NCBI GenBank assembly: GCA_037481835.1
Contig: JBBFKW010000001.1
Location: forward strand, 171,503-235,502
From: Desulfosoma sp.
GTDB taxonomy: Bacteria > Desulfobacterota > Syntrophobacteria > Syntrophobacterales > DSM-9756
DNA length: 64,000 nucleotides
Direction: 5' to 3'
Shown here: piece by piece, positions 47,847 through 57,827 of the stretch
Layout: the number at the start of each line of letters is the position of its first letter
Position numbering within the stretch: the first letter of the stretch is position 1
Notes under the pieces: generated by a model
The model's input: the letters and a program-made list of their open reading frames with translations, nothing else
Databases searched by the model: none
Told to the model about the DNA's origin: nothing
Position numbers and translations under genes: made by a program

Positions 47847-48608
47847 TCACAACGGGTAGACGTTTCCCGATTCCAGGATTCTCCAGCCGCTTCGGGTTTC
47901 GCCGAGGAGGAGGTTGATCTGCCAGCCCACCTTGCAATGGTCGGTGATGATCTTGGGCACTTTGACTTCCAGAAGGCCGGTATCCAAAGTCAGGCCGGAA
48001 AGGATGAGCACTCCCGGGCGGATCTCTTCAACGACAAAGTAGTCGTCCAGCTCTTCGTCCCAGGTGCGGGGCGGGTGGGTTTGGGCGAAATCGTAAAGCA
48101 GCCGGGCGAGGCGTTCCGCAGCGGGGAGTTCCCGGGACGCCTCCCCGGCCAGATCCATGGCCTTGCGGGCCTCTTCCTTGGGGGCATAGCCCTTGGCCAC
48201 GAGCCACTTCATGAGCGCCTTGGTGACTGTGCCGGCGGCTCGAAGGAGGGATTCGGAAGCCATCACCTTCCGGATCATAAAATAGGTCAGGAACGTGGAC
48301 ACGCCGGAAGGGATCTTGTCCGGACCGAAGATGGCGCAGAAGGTCTGGTCTTTGTAATCGACCAGGCGGCGGTACAATGTATTTTCTCCGGCGGTGGGCA
48401 GTTCCTGGTAGCCGTACAGGTTCAAGGAGGTGTGCAGGAGTGAAATGACCTCCTCGTAACGGCGGACGGTCTGCGGTTTCCACCGCGCTTTTTGTTCAGC
48501 GAGAAATTCGGCGAAGATGTCCTCAATGTTGGGCTTCGCCACCGTAGGAAAAGAAATGATGTTGCCCTTGGCTTGTGCTTCGTTTTTCATCGACACCCCG
48601 TAACCCAC
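47847..48608 (-). CDS. Hypothetical protein (253 aa)
   Basis: Long ORF filling the gap between called genes; no catalytic motif recognised. Confidence 0.6.
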   Translation of the reverse strand: MGYGVSMKNEAQAKGNIISFPTVAKPNIEDIFAEFLAEQKARWKPQTVRRYEEVISLLHTSLNLYGYQELPTAGENTLYRRLVDYKDQTFCAIFGPDKIPSGVSTFLTYFMIRKVMASESLLRAAGTVTKALMKWLVAKGYAPKEEARKAMDLAGEASRELPAAERLARLLYDFAQTHPPRTWDEELDDYFVVEEIRPGVLILSGLTLDTGLLEVKVPKIITDHCKVGWQINLLLGETRSGWRILESGNVYPL

Positions 48609-48644
48609 TCGTGAAATGACCGCCTTTCCCTGAAGGCTAGCCGC

Positions 48645-48974
48645 TTATACCTTCCTTCCGCAATAAGGGCAATATGCAAAAGAGGGATCCAACACTTTGT
48701 CACACGAAGGACACCGAAATTCCACGAATTTGGGTGTTGCCTGCGGGGAAGGGGATCCTCGCAGGGCCTCTTCCGGCGAGGCCACAGAGCCGCACCGATC
48801 GCAGATGAGCACCGGGTCGCCCTTTTTGACTGGAAAGAGCGGGATGAAGAACAGGCTGAGGTAATGGTCGATGCGTTTCAAGCGCGCTCGGGCCAACCCG
48901 CAGGCCGGGCACAGCCGCGGGGTTTCATCCAGCGTCTTGATCTTGGGCTGGATCCCTCCAATGAAAAAGAACAC
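48645..48974 (-). CDS. Zinc-ribbon domain protein
   Basis: MFFFIGG, CPACG, LFFIPLFP, CDRCG, CPSC..CPYCG. Confidence 0.75.
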   Translation of the reverse strand: MFFFIGGIQPKIKTLDETPRLCPACGLARARLKRIDHYLSLFFIPLFPVKKGDPVLICDRCGSVASPEEALRGSPSPQATPKFVEFRCPSCDKVLDPSFAYCPYCGRKV

Positions 48975-48998
48975 GCTCCCTCGTCCTCCGCGCCGATC

Positions 48999-50045
48999 CT
49001 AGACGTTGAACCGAAAATGGATGATATCGCCGTCCTTGACGGGGTAGTCCCGCCCTTCCAACCGGACCCATCCTTGTTTTCGGGCCGCCGCATAATCTCC
49101 GGCCTTCTTGAGATCTTCGTAGGCCACCACTTCGGCCCGAATGAAACCCTTTTTCATGTCGGAATGGATCACTCCGGCGGCTTCCACGGCGGGAAGGCCT
49201 TCCGGGATGGTCCAGGCTTTGACTTCATCGTCGCCGACCGTGAAAAACGTCCCCAATCCCAAGAGGCGAAAAGATCGCCGGATGACGCGCGCCATGGCCG
49301 ATTCGTCGATGCCGTAGTCCTGCCGGAAGACGGCCGCGTCGGCTTCGCTGAGCTGCGCCATTTCCATTTCGAGCCGCCCCCGGATGACCATGACGTCCTC
49401 GGATTCTTGAAAATCTTCGGGCACGGCGGGGTCGTCATCGTCGTTGTTTAGCAAAACGAGCACGGGCTTTGCCGAAAGGAAGGTGTATCCTTTGAGTTCC
49501 GGCGCCGCCGCAAGGTTTGGATCGGTCCGCAAGGGCTTTTCTTCGTTGAGCAACGCGGCGCACCGCTGGAGAAGTTCCAGTTCCGCAGCCGCCGTTTTAC
49601 GTCCCTTTTTCTGTTCCGCCTCCATCCGTTCCAGGCGCTTTTCCACCGTGGCCAGATCCGCCAGGATGAATTCTTCCTCCAATTCGCGCACATCCCGAGC
49701 GGGTCGAGGCGGGCCGAGGACGGGGTCTGGAAAGTTTCGGACCACCATGAGAAAAGCTTCCACGGGCCGCATGTGGGTGAGCAGCAGCGCCATGTAGTCC
49801 TTTTTCTTTTCCGCGACTCCGGCAATCCCTTGAAGATCCGTGTAGGTGACCTGGGCGGGGGTCTTCTTCCGAGGGTTGTAGAGGGCTGTGAGCCAGTCCA
49901 GGCGTGGGTCGGGAACGGGAACCACGCCCAAGACCGGCACGACCTGCCCGGACACGGCGGGCGCTTCCCCGGTGCGTTGGGTCAGAGCGTTAAAGACAGT
50001 GGTTTTGCCCGATCTGCCAAGGCCCACAATGCCCAATTTCATCAA
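48999..50045 (-). CDS. ychF: YchF-family ATPase (divergent G-motifs, DUF933/TGS C-terminus)
   Basis: GRSGKTT, VPDPRLD, FFTVG.DEVKAW, AAGVIHSD..KGFIRAEV, EGRDYPVKDGDI.HFRFNV. Confidence 0.85.
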   Translation of the reverse strand: MMKLGIVGLGRSGKTTVFNALTQRTGEAPAVSGQVVPVLGVVPVPDPRLDWLTALYNPRKKTPAQVTYTDLQGIAGVAEKKKDYMALLLTHMRPVEAFLMVVRNFPDPVLGPPRPARDVRELEEEFILADLATVEKRLERMEAEQKKGRKTAAAELELLQRCAALLNEEKPLRTDPNLAAAPELKGYTFLSAKPVLVLLNNDDDDPAVPEDFQESEDVMVIRGRLEMEMAQLSEADAAVFRQDYGIDESAMARVIRRSFRLLGLGTFFTVGDDEVKAWTIPEGLPAVEAAGVIHSDMKKGFIRAEVVAYEDLKKAGDYAAARKQGWVRLEGRDYPVKDGDIIHFRFNV

Positions 50046-50096
50046 CCCGCTCCCTCGGTCTTGCCCCTTTTGGCGCTCCCTTGCATAATTGTTTTT

Positions 50097-51653
50097 ATGG
50101 AGAGCCGCCTTTCATTCATACACCTTTCGCCAGCGTTGAGCAATGCGCTGCTGGATGCCGCCGCGGCGCTGGAAGTGGGCGCCGCAGGGGACGGCCCCGA
50201 GCGCCATCGGCGCCTTTCCTCCCTGTTTCGGGCTCTGGGGGGCGCGCCGGAGCATAGGCCGGAAGCTCCAAGCCGCAAGCCCCCGACGGACGCAGAGCTT
50301 CCCCTGCCAAGGATGGCCGAAAAAGCAGCGGCGCTCGCCCACACATGGAAGAAGATGGGCATGGCGGTCGCGGCCTGCCGGTTCCCCGCCGGCCATCCTC
50401 TGGAAATGTGTCCCAAGTTCGTGTTTGCCTTGGGATCCCCTCCCGCCCCTCGTTTCATCCTGTCTGCAGCCTTCAATTCCCGCAAAGGAAAACTCACGCG
50501 ACGGGCCGATCCTTGGGTCCGTGCCCTTCGACGCGTTTTCACCCAGACGGGTCAAGAGCCCGTAGCGTGGGTCGGAAGCTTCAAAACAGCGCTTTACGAC
50601 CTGGTCACATGCTGGGCTCATCTCCATGGAAAGCCGACCGTCGTCATCGGCCTTCCATCGCCGAGCCGGTCGGCGTGGGACGAGTTTCGGGCTTTCTTCC
50701 CCGACCTTCAGCCCCATTGGTTCTTTTCCTGCCTGCCCGGACGGGCCGCATGCCCTCCCAAGCAAAACCTGCTGTGTCGGGACCGCCTGGTCGCCGCCGC
50801 AGCAGACCGGCTTTATGTGATCGAAATCCGCCGGGGAGGAAACCTCATGGACGTCCTTTCAAAAGAACTGGCCTCGCGGCCCCGACTCTTCTGGGTTTTT
50901 CCCGCTCGTGCCGGAGCGCCGGAGACGGAAGGAAACGCCGCCATTGAAGAAACCTTTCCACGGCTTGCTCGGATATGGTCCGTCGGACCTGGGGAGCACG
51001 ATCGGCCCTGCGAAAGGCCCTACGGGAGTTCCCGGCCCGAAAGGGGCGCAGTTCTCGGAATGCCGCCTCTTGAAGACCCTTTTCTTTTTCACTACACGCG
51101 CTCGTGCCCCGGCCCATGGCCGGGGCAGGCGCGTTGTGACTGGGCGGACGATCTCTTTCAAGGCCATCCGTGGGCCGATCATACGGCCTTGGATACCTTG
51201 TGGCGGATCCTCTCCGAACGGCGCCTTCGCGCGAGCGGCCGTCTCATTCGAGGGGGCATTCCCGTGGTGTCGTGGACCCCGGTTCCGCCGCAGGACCTCA
51301 CCCGCCTCATCCGATGGAATCCCGCCTTGATCCGGTGGACCTTCGAACCGTACGGCATCGCCGTGAAGCGAAGGGTCCTGAAAAATCTGGGGGCTCGGCC
51401 TGTCATTTACATCCGGGAGGAGGACTTTCCCAAAATCCCCCAACGGGAGCGCTTCCGGTTTCAGCTCCACGAGGTCGGGAAACCGACCTGGAAACGGGAA
51501 AGGGAATGGCGTCTTGCGGGAGACCTCGACTTGGACGCTCTGGACGGGAATGATTGGTGGGCCTTTGTGCCGACGCCCGACGAAGTGTGCCGGCTTCAAA
51601 ACCACGTGCATCGGCAGTGCCGCATCATTTCCCTGCAGGCAGATCCCTTTTAA
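50097..51653 (+). CDS. Hypothetical fusion: DprA/SLOG-like N-domain plus ART-fold (AbiGi-like) C-domain
   Basis: RDRLVAAAADRLYVIEIRRGGN...GNAAI resembles DprA; HYT..IL..VSWT..YGIAV..GARPVIY..EREWR resembles ART-fold proteins. Confidence 0.6.
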   Translation: MESRLSFIHLSPALSNALLDAAAALEVGAAGDGPERHRRLSSLFRALGGAPEHRPEAPSRKPPTDAELPLPRMAEKAAALAHTWKKMGMAVAACRFPAGHPLEMCPKFVFALGSPPAPRFILSAAFNSRKGKLTRRADPWVRALRRVFTQTGQEPVAWVGSFKTALYDLVTCWAHLHGKPTVVIGLPSPSRSAWDEFRAFFPDLQPHWFFSCLPGRAACPPKQNLLCRDRLVAAAADRLYVIEIRRGGNLMDVLSKELASRPRLFWVFPARAGAPETEGNAAIEETFPRLARIWSVGPGEHDRPCERPYGSSRPERGAVLGMPPLEDPFLFHYTRSCPGPWPGQARCDWADDLFQGHPWADHTALDTLWRILSERRLRASGRLIRGGIPVVSWTPVPPQDLTRLIRWNPALIRWTFEPYGIAVKRRVLKNLGARPVIYIREEDFPKIPQRERFRFQLHEVGKPTWKREREWRLAGDLDLDALDGNDWWAFVPTPDEVCRLQNHVHRQCRIISLQADPF

Positions 51654-51707
51654 CAGAGTGGACCCACACTCTGGAAATGAGCCTCCCGCGGGGCAGGGTC
51701 AGGACGC

Positions 51708-52814
<1,107 letters not shown>

Positions 52815-52845
52815 TCACCATCCGTGCTGCCTGTGGAACAAGCGC

Positions 52846-53115
52846 TTAGCTCGTCTGCGCCGCCACAGGATAGACGCTGACCTTCTGGCGCTGCTTGTCC
52901 TTGTATTCGAAGGCCACGACCCCGTCGATCAGGGCGAACAGCGTGTAATCCTTGCCCATCCCCACATTCTTTCCGGGGTGGAACTTGGTGCCCAGCTGGC
53001 GCACCAGGATGTTGCCGGCTCGCACGAACTGGCCGCCGAACCGCTTCACCCCTCGCCTTTGCCCGGCGCTGTCCCGACCATTCCTGGAACTTCCGCCCGC
53101 TTTCTTGTGTGCCAT
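52846..53115 (-). CDS. rpmA: 50S ribosomal protein L27
   Basis: [16 protein letters not shown]. Confidence 0.98.
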   Translation of the reverse strand: MAHKKAGGSSRNGRDSAGQRRGVKRFGGQFVRAGNILVRQLGTKFHPGKNVGMGKDYTLFALIDGVVAFEYKDKQRQKVSVYPVAAQTS

Positions 53116-53118
53116 GGT

Positions 53119-53493
53119 CTATGCCTCCTCATCCCGCGCAGTGTCGTCTCGGGAGACGGCATGCTCCGACGTCTGCGGTGCACGGTCCTCGATGCCCTCG
53201 ATCTTCACAGCCGTGTAGGCTTGTCGATGTCCCTGCTTTTTGCGGGAATCCTTGCGCCGCTTGTATTTGAAAATGACGATCTTGTCGCCCCGGCCCTGCT
53301 CCACAATCCGGGCGCGCACCACCTTGTCGGCGACGAGGGGCCGCCCCACGCGGATGTCCTCGCCGTCGGCCACAAGGAGCACGCGATCCAAAAGGATCTC
53401 ATCCCCGGCTTCCCCCGGCAGTTTTTCCAGCTTGAGCAATGCTCCGGGCTCGGCTTTATACTGTTTGCCCCCACATTCCACGATCGCGTACAT
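53119..53493 (-). CDS. rplU: 50S ribosomal protein L21
   Basis: [13 protein letters not shown]...KYKRRK..KKQGHRQ; GGAGG RBS. Confidence 0.97.
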   Translation of the reverse strand: MYAIVECGGKQYKAEPGALLKLEKLPGEAGDEILLDRVLLVADGEDIRVGRPLVADKVVRARIVEQGRGDKIVIFKYKRRKDSRKKQGHRQAYTAVKIEGIEDRAPQTSEHAVSRDDTARDEEA

Positions 53494-53601
53494 CGGTTTG
53501 TCCTCCGCCCCTGTGCACATTCACGCACCCCGACGCCCCGTGTGATCCAGACAAAAAAAGCGGCCCGCGGCCGCTCGGCGACAGGCGCATGGGGTGTTCC
53601 G

Positions 53602-53727
53602 TCATCTTCGAGCGTCAGTGCCTTTCCGGGTGAGCATCTCCTGAAACTCTTTCAACTTCTCACAGCTCTCCAGGCACTTGTTCTTGTCCTGATCCTTTTT
53701 GTCACAATCCAGACAAGGGCTTCGCAT
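53602..53727 (-). CDS. Small four-Cys protein (41 aa), absent from the ORF track
   Basis: MRSPCLDCDKKDQDKNKCLESCEKLKEFQEMLTRKGTDARR*, GGAG RBS 5 nt upstream. Confidence 0.55.
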   Translation of the reverse strand: MRSPCLDCDKKDQDKNKCLESCEKLKEFQEMLTRKGTDARR

Positions 53728-53770
53728 CGTCACTCCATGCGGGCTCCTTCCAGAAGCGACGTAACGGGGT

Positions 53771-53800
53771 CTTATAAATGGGCGTCCCGGGCTCTGTCAA
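53771..53800 (-). promoter_or_regulatory. Sigma70 promoter for the small ORF and rplU-rpmA
   Basis: Minus strand TTGACA-18 nt-TATAAG. Confidence 0.6.
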
Positions 53801-53935
53801 GGCTTTTCCCACGGAAACGGGCCCTCCACACGGGCCTTCACAAACGGCGGCGATTGGCTTAAAGAGGCTCTGGAACTTTCGAGCCCGCGGGACGGGCCGC
53901 CTTCCAATCCGACTGAGGAAAAAGGACAGACGATC

Positions 53936-55282
53936 ATGAGCGACCATCAAGCTTCGGAACGCGTCTTTTATCGAAATTTACGAAAATCGTATCCCGTCGT
54001 CGACCGCGGCGAGGGGATTTTCATTTGGGATAGGGACGGCCGCCGTTACATCGACGGTTCGGGCGGCGCCTGCGTGGTGAGCATCGGCCATGGGGTGCCG
54101 GAAATCCTTGAGGCCATGCAGGCCCAAGCGCGCCGGATCTGCTTTGCCCACAGCAGCCATTTTACCAGCGAAGCCGCTTTGGAATGCGCCGATCTCTTGA
54201 CCCGGATGGCTCCCGACCCTTCGCTCAACCGCGTCTATTTCCTTTCGGGCGGATCGGAAGCGGTGGAGACGGCCGTAAAGGTCGTCCGGCAGTACTGGCG
54301 GGAAGTGGGCAAACCCGACAAGTACAAGGTCATCAGCCGCTGGACGAGCTTCCACGGAAACACGACAGGCGCCCTGGCCCTTGGGGGCCACACCGGCCGC
54401 CGGCGCCATTACCTCCCTCTGTTTCTCCATACACCCCATATCGAACCGGCCTATTGTTACCGGTGCCCCTTCGGGCATAAACCCGAATCGTGCCGGCTGG
54501 AATGCGCCGACCAATTGGAACGGACCATCAAGTACGAAGGGCCGGATGCCGTGGCGGCTTTTATCGCCGAACCCGTCGTGGGCGCCACCGCGGGCGCCCT
54601 GGTGCCGAAAGACGGTTATTGGCAGCGGATCCGAGAGATCTGCGACGCCTACGACGTGAAACTCATCGCCGATGAGGTCATGACGGGTGTGGGCCGAACG
54701 GGCCAGAATTTCGCCTTGGACCATTGGGGCGTCGTCCCCGATGTCATCGTCACGGCAAAAGGACTGAGCTCCGGCTATACGCCTCTCGGCGCGGTCATCG
54801 TCAAGGAAGAAATCCACGAGGCCATCCGCCGAGGAACCGGGGCGTTCGTCCACGGCCACACCTACTGCCAAAACCCCCTGTCGGTGGCCATCGGCGCCGC
54901 CGTCTTGCGATACATTGAAAAACATCAGCTCGTGGAGCGATCCGCCCGCATGGGCCGCCTCCTCCTGGAGAGCCTCCAGAGCCTTCGAAAACATGCCGCT
55001 GTCGGCGATGTACGGGGTATCGGGCTTTTCGCCGGAATCGAACTGGTCAAAGACAAGGAGACCAAGGAAACCTTCCCGCCGTCGCTCAAGGTGAACGCCC
55101 GGGTCGCCCAGGAAGCCTTCCAAAGAGGGCTCATCACCTATCCGGGATCCGGCGGGGCCGACGGGATCAACGGAGACCACATCCTGCTGGCGCCACCGTT
55201 TATCATCGACGAAGGGGGCATCGCGGAAATCACCCGCATCCTGGACGACGCCCTTCAAGCGGTGTCGTCCCAGGGGCTTTGA
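53936..55282 (+). CDS. Class III PLP-dependent aminotransferase
   Basis: SGGSEAVE, SFHGNT, AFIAEPVVG, DEVMTGVGRTG, AKGLSSGY, HGHTY. Confidence 0.9.
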   Translation: MSDHQASERVFYRNLRKSYPVVDRGEGIFIWDRDGRRYIDGSGGACVVSIGHGVPEILEAMQAQARRICFAHSSHFTSEAALECADLLTRMAPDPSLNRVYFLSGGSEAVETAVKVVRQYWREVGKPDKYKVISRWTSFHGNTTGALALGGHTGRRRHYLPLFLHTPHIEPAYCYRCPFGHKPESCRLECADQLERTIKYEGPDAVAAFIAEPVVGATAGALVPKDGYWQRIREICDAYDVKLIADEVMTGVGRTGQNFALDHWGVVPDVIVTAKGLSSGYTPLGAVIVKEEIHEAIRRGTGAFVHGHTYCQNPLSVAIGAAVLRYIEKHQLVERSARMGRLLLESLQSLRKHAAVGDVRGIGLFAGIELVKDKETKETFPPSLKVNARVAQEAFQRGLITYPGSGGADGINGDHILLAPPFIIDEGGIAEITRILDDALQAVSSQGL

Positions 55283-55288
55283 AGCCCA

Positions 55289-55969
55289 TCAGACCCTGTG
55301 GAATTCGAAGCCGGGCAGGGTCAGCCGCTTTTCCAGACCCTTCAGGACCCCAGTGGCGACGGTGACGAAAAGAAGGTAGACGAACCCGACGGCGGCAAAC
55401 ACCTCGGTGTACTTGAAGGTGGACGAGGCGACGATTTTTCCTTCGCCTGTCAGTTCGATGCAGGTCACCATGTAGGCCAAGGAAGAGTATTTGATCAGAT
55501 AGATCCATTCGTTGCCGCATCCGGGCAGAGCGCGCCGCACCGCCTGGGGCAGGATAATGTGCACCAGGGTTTGCAGGCGGCTCATCCCGATGGCCTGGGC
55601 CGCCAGGATCTGCCCTCGCTTGATGGAAAGGAGCGCCCCCCGGATGTATTCAGAATGATACGCCCCGCTGCACAGCGTAAACCCGAGGACCGCCGCTTCG
55701 TAGGGGGTGAGGTAGACGCCCAGGCGGGGCATGCCGAAGTACCAAATGTAGAGCTGCACTAAGAGCGGAAATCCGCGAAAGACGGCCACATAGGCGTCCG
55801 CGGCCCAGCGCAGCAGGGAAAACCCGTAGACGCGGCACGATCCCGCCAGCACCCCGCAGACAAACCCCAGCACGGCCGACGGGATGATGAGCCGCAACGA
55901 GACGGCGGCGCCTCGCAAGAGAGCCGGGGCCAGATCCCCGTAGAGGAAGAGCAGCTCGTCCGAGATCAC
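55289..55969 (-). CDS. Polar amino acid ABC transporter permease
   Basis: FRGFPLLVQL, SEYIRGA..GQ.LAAQAIGMS, LIKYSSL. Confidence 0.9.
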   Translation of the reverse strand: MISDELLFLYGDLAPALLRGAAVSLRLIIPSAVLGFVCGVLAGSCRVYGFSLLRWAADAYVAVFRGFPLLVQLYIWYFGMPRLGVYLTPYEAAVLGFTLCSGAYHSEYIRGALLSIKRGQILAAQAIGMSRLQTLVHIILPQAVRRALPGCGNEWIYLIKYSSLAYMVTCIELTGEGKIVASSTFKYTEVFAAVGFVYLLFVTVATGVLKGLEKRLTLPGFEFHRV

Positions 55970-56718
55970 GGCCGCCCGCCCAATTCGCCGATCTTGGCAC
56001 AGAATTCACGCGTCCGAGCGCATCGGGCTTCGTCCAGGATGATGTCCGGGGGCCCCTGTTCCACGATCCGGCCGTCCTCCATGAAAATCATCTCATGGGC
56101 CAGAGCCCGGGCGAAGCCGATCTGATGGGTGGCCATGATCATGGTCATGCCGGATGCCCCCAGTTCCCGGATCACGGCATGGACCTCCCCGATGAGTTCG
56201 GGATCCAGAGCCGATGTGGGTTCATCCAGGAGCATGACCTTGGGATCCAAGGCCAGAGCCCGGGCGATGGAGACCCTCTGTTTTTGGCCTCCGGAAAGCT
56301 CCGCGGGATACTTGCCCGCATGATCCGCCAAACCCACGCGCTCCAGTTCGGCCATGGCCCGGCGGCGGGCCGCTTTCTTGTCCATCTTTTTGACCCGAAC
56401 GAGGCCGATTTCCACATTCCCCAAAGCCGTGAGGTGGTCGAAGAGGTTGAATTCCTGGAAGATCATGCCCACCTGCTGACGATAGGCGCACAAATCCCTC
56501 TTGCGGCTCGGGTCGATGCGCCGGCCTTCGAGGAAGATGTCCCCGCTGTCGGGAGAGACGAGAAAGTTGATCATCTGGAGCAAGGTGCTCTTGCCCGCTC
56601 CCGACGGCCCGATAAGCACCTTGATTTCACCACGCCGCACCGACAAGGAAACCCCTTTGACGATTTCCTTGTTCCCGTAGTGCTTACGGATCTCCTGCAC
56701 CTGAAGGATCGTATCCAT
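55966..56718 (-). CDS. Polar amino acid ABC transporter ATP-binding protein
   Basis: GPSGAGKST, LSGGQKQRV, LLDEPTSALDPE. Confidence 0.93.
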   Translation of the reverse strand: MDTILQVQEIRKHYGNKEIVKGVSLSVRRGEIKVLIGPSGAGKSTLLQMINFLVSPDSGDIFLEGRRIDPSRKRDLCAYRQQVGMIFQEFNLFDHLTALGNVEIGLVRVKKMDKKAARRRAMAELERVGLADHAGKYPAELSGGQKQRVSIARALALDPKVMLLDEPTSALDPELIGEVHAVIRELGASGMTMIMATHQIGFARALAHEMIFMEDGRIVEQGPPDIILDEARCARTREFCAKIGELGGRP

Positions 56719-56739
56719 GCTCTCGATGTGAACGGCTCC

Positions 56740-57402
56740 TTACGCGTAGCCCTTGATGCGGACCTTCTTGTGCACCAGTCCCAAAAGACGGGTCCCGGCG
56801 AACGTGAGAACCATGAAGAGAAGGCCCGCGCTGATATAGATGGGCAGATGTTGGTAGGTCCGCGACGCCACGTGGTGGGCGCGGGCCATGATTTCCGCCA
56901 CGCCCAGGGCGTAGGTTACGGCGGAATCCTTGAGCAGGATCGCGTACTCGTTGGACCACCCCGGAATGGCCAGCCGCAGGGCCTGCGGCAGAACGATGAG
57001 CACGATGGCTTGAGCGTCGCTCATCCCTACAGCGCGCGCCGCCTTCATTTGCCCCGCCGGGACGGACAGGATGGCCCCCCGCAGAATCTGGGACTGGTAG
57101 GCGCCGCTGATGCAGCCCAAAACAATCACGGCCACCGTGAACGCGGAAAGGTCCAGTCCGAGGAAGGGGAAAATGCCGAAATAGAAAAGAAATAAAAGGA
57201 CCAACAAAGGCACTCCCCGGAAAAACCACACATAAAGGCCGATGAACCGCCGAAGCCACCTGGGGCCGTAAACCGCCCCCACCGCCAAAGGCAAACCGAT
57301 GCTCAGGCCCAAAGCCAAAGCCCCGGAGACCACCACAAGGGTGATCCAGGTGCCTTTCAGCAGATAGGGCAGCCCCTCTTTGAGGACGGGCAGAAAGTCC
57401 AT
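56740..57402 (-). CDS. Polar amino acid ABC transporter permease
   Basis: FRGVPLLV, GQMKAARAVGMS, LPQALR, LLKDSA. Confidence 0.9.
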   Translation of the reverse strand: MDFLPVLKEGLPYLLKGTWITLVVVSGALALGLSIGLPLAVGAVYGPRWLRRFIGLYVWFFRGVPLLVLLFLFYFGIFPFLGLDLSAFTVAVIVLGCISGAYQSQILRGAILSVPAGQMKAARAVGMSDAQAIVLIVLPQALRLAIPGWSNEYAILLKDSAVTYALGVAEIMARAHHVASRTYQHLPIYISAGLLFMVLTFAGTRLLGLVHKKVRIKGYA

Positions 57403-57827
57403 CGTCGCCGACCCCTCCGAAGATCATCGATCCCCGACCGTATCCCGAGTCCTTCTTGGAAAGGAGCCGGGTTTGAAGCGGTTACAGATAACAAAAGGCT
57501 CAAGATCGTTCAAGAAAAATGGCGAGATCCGCCGATGGGCTTCGCGCGCCGTTGAGTGGGCGAGATCGCCAGGGCCGACGTTTGGTCTCTCTTAACAGGG
57601 TTGCGCCCCATCGTCTTTTTTGATAACCAGGGAGGCAGTCCTCAAGAGGCCTGTTGGGTGTGCGGATTTTCCTCGGGGTTTTCTCTTTTTCGCCCGATGC
57701 GCCGCGGACCGGTGGCTGCCGCCATTGGCCCGAACGGGCATGGGCCCAAGATGAAGGATGCAGGAACGCAAGAAGGGCAGTGCGGCTTCACCGTAAACGG
57801 TCACCTTAAAAGAGCAGGAGGATAGAC

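Noticed and set aside
57403..57827. Lysine or other riboswitch ahead of the TAXI operon
   Set aside because: No convincing match to aptamer consensus elements by eye
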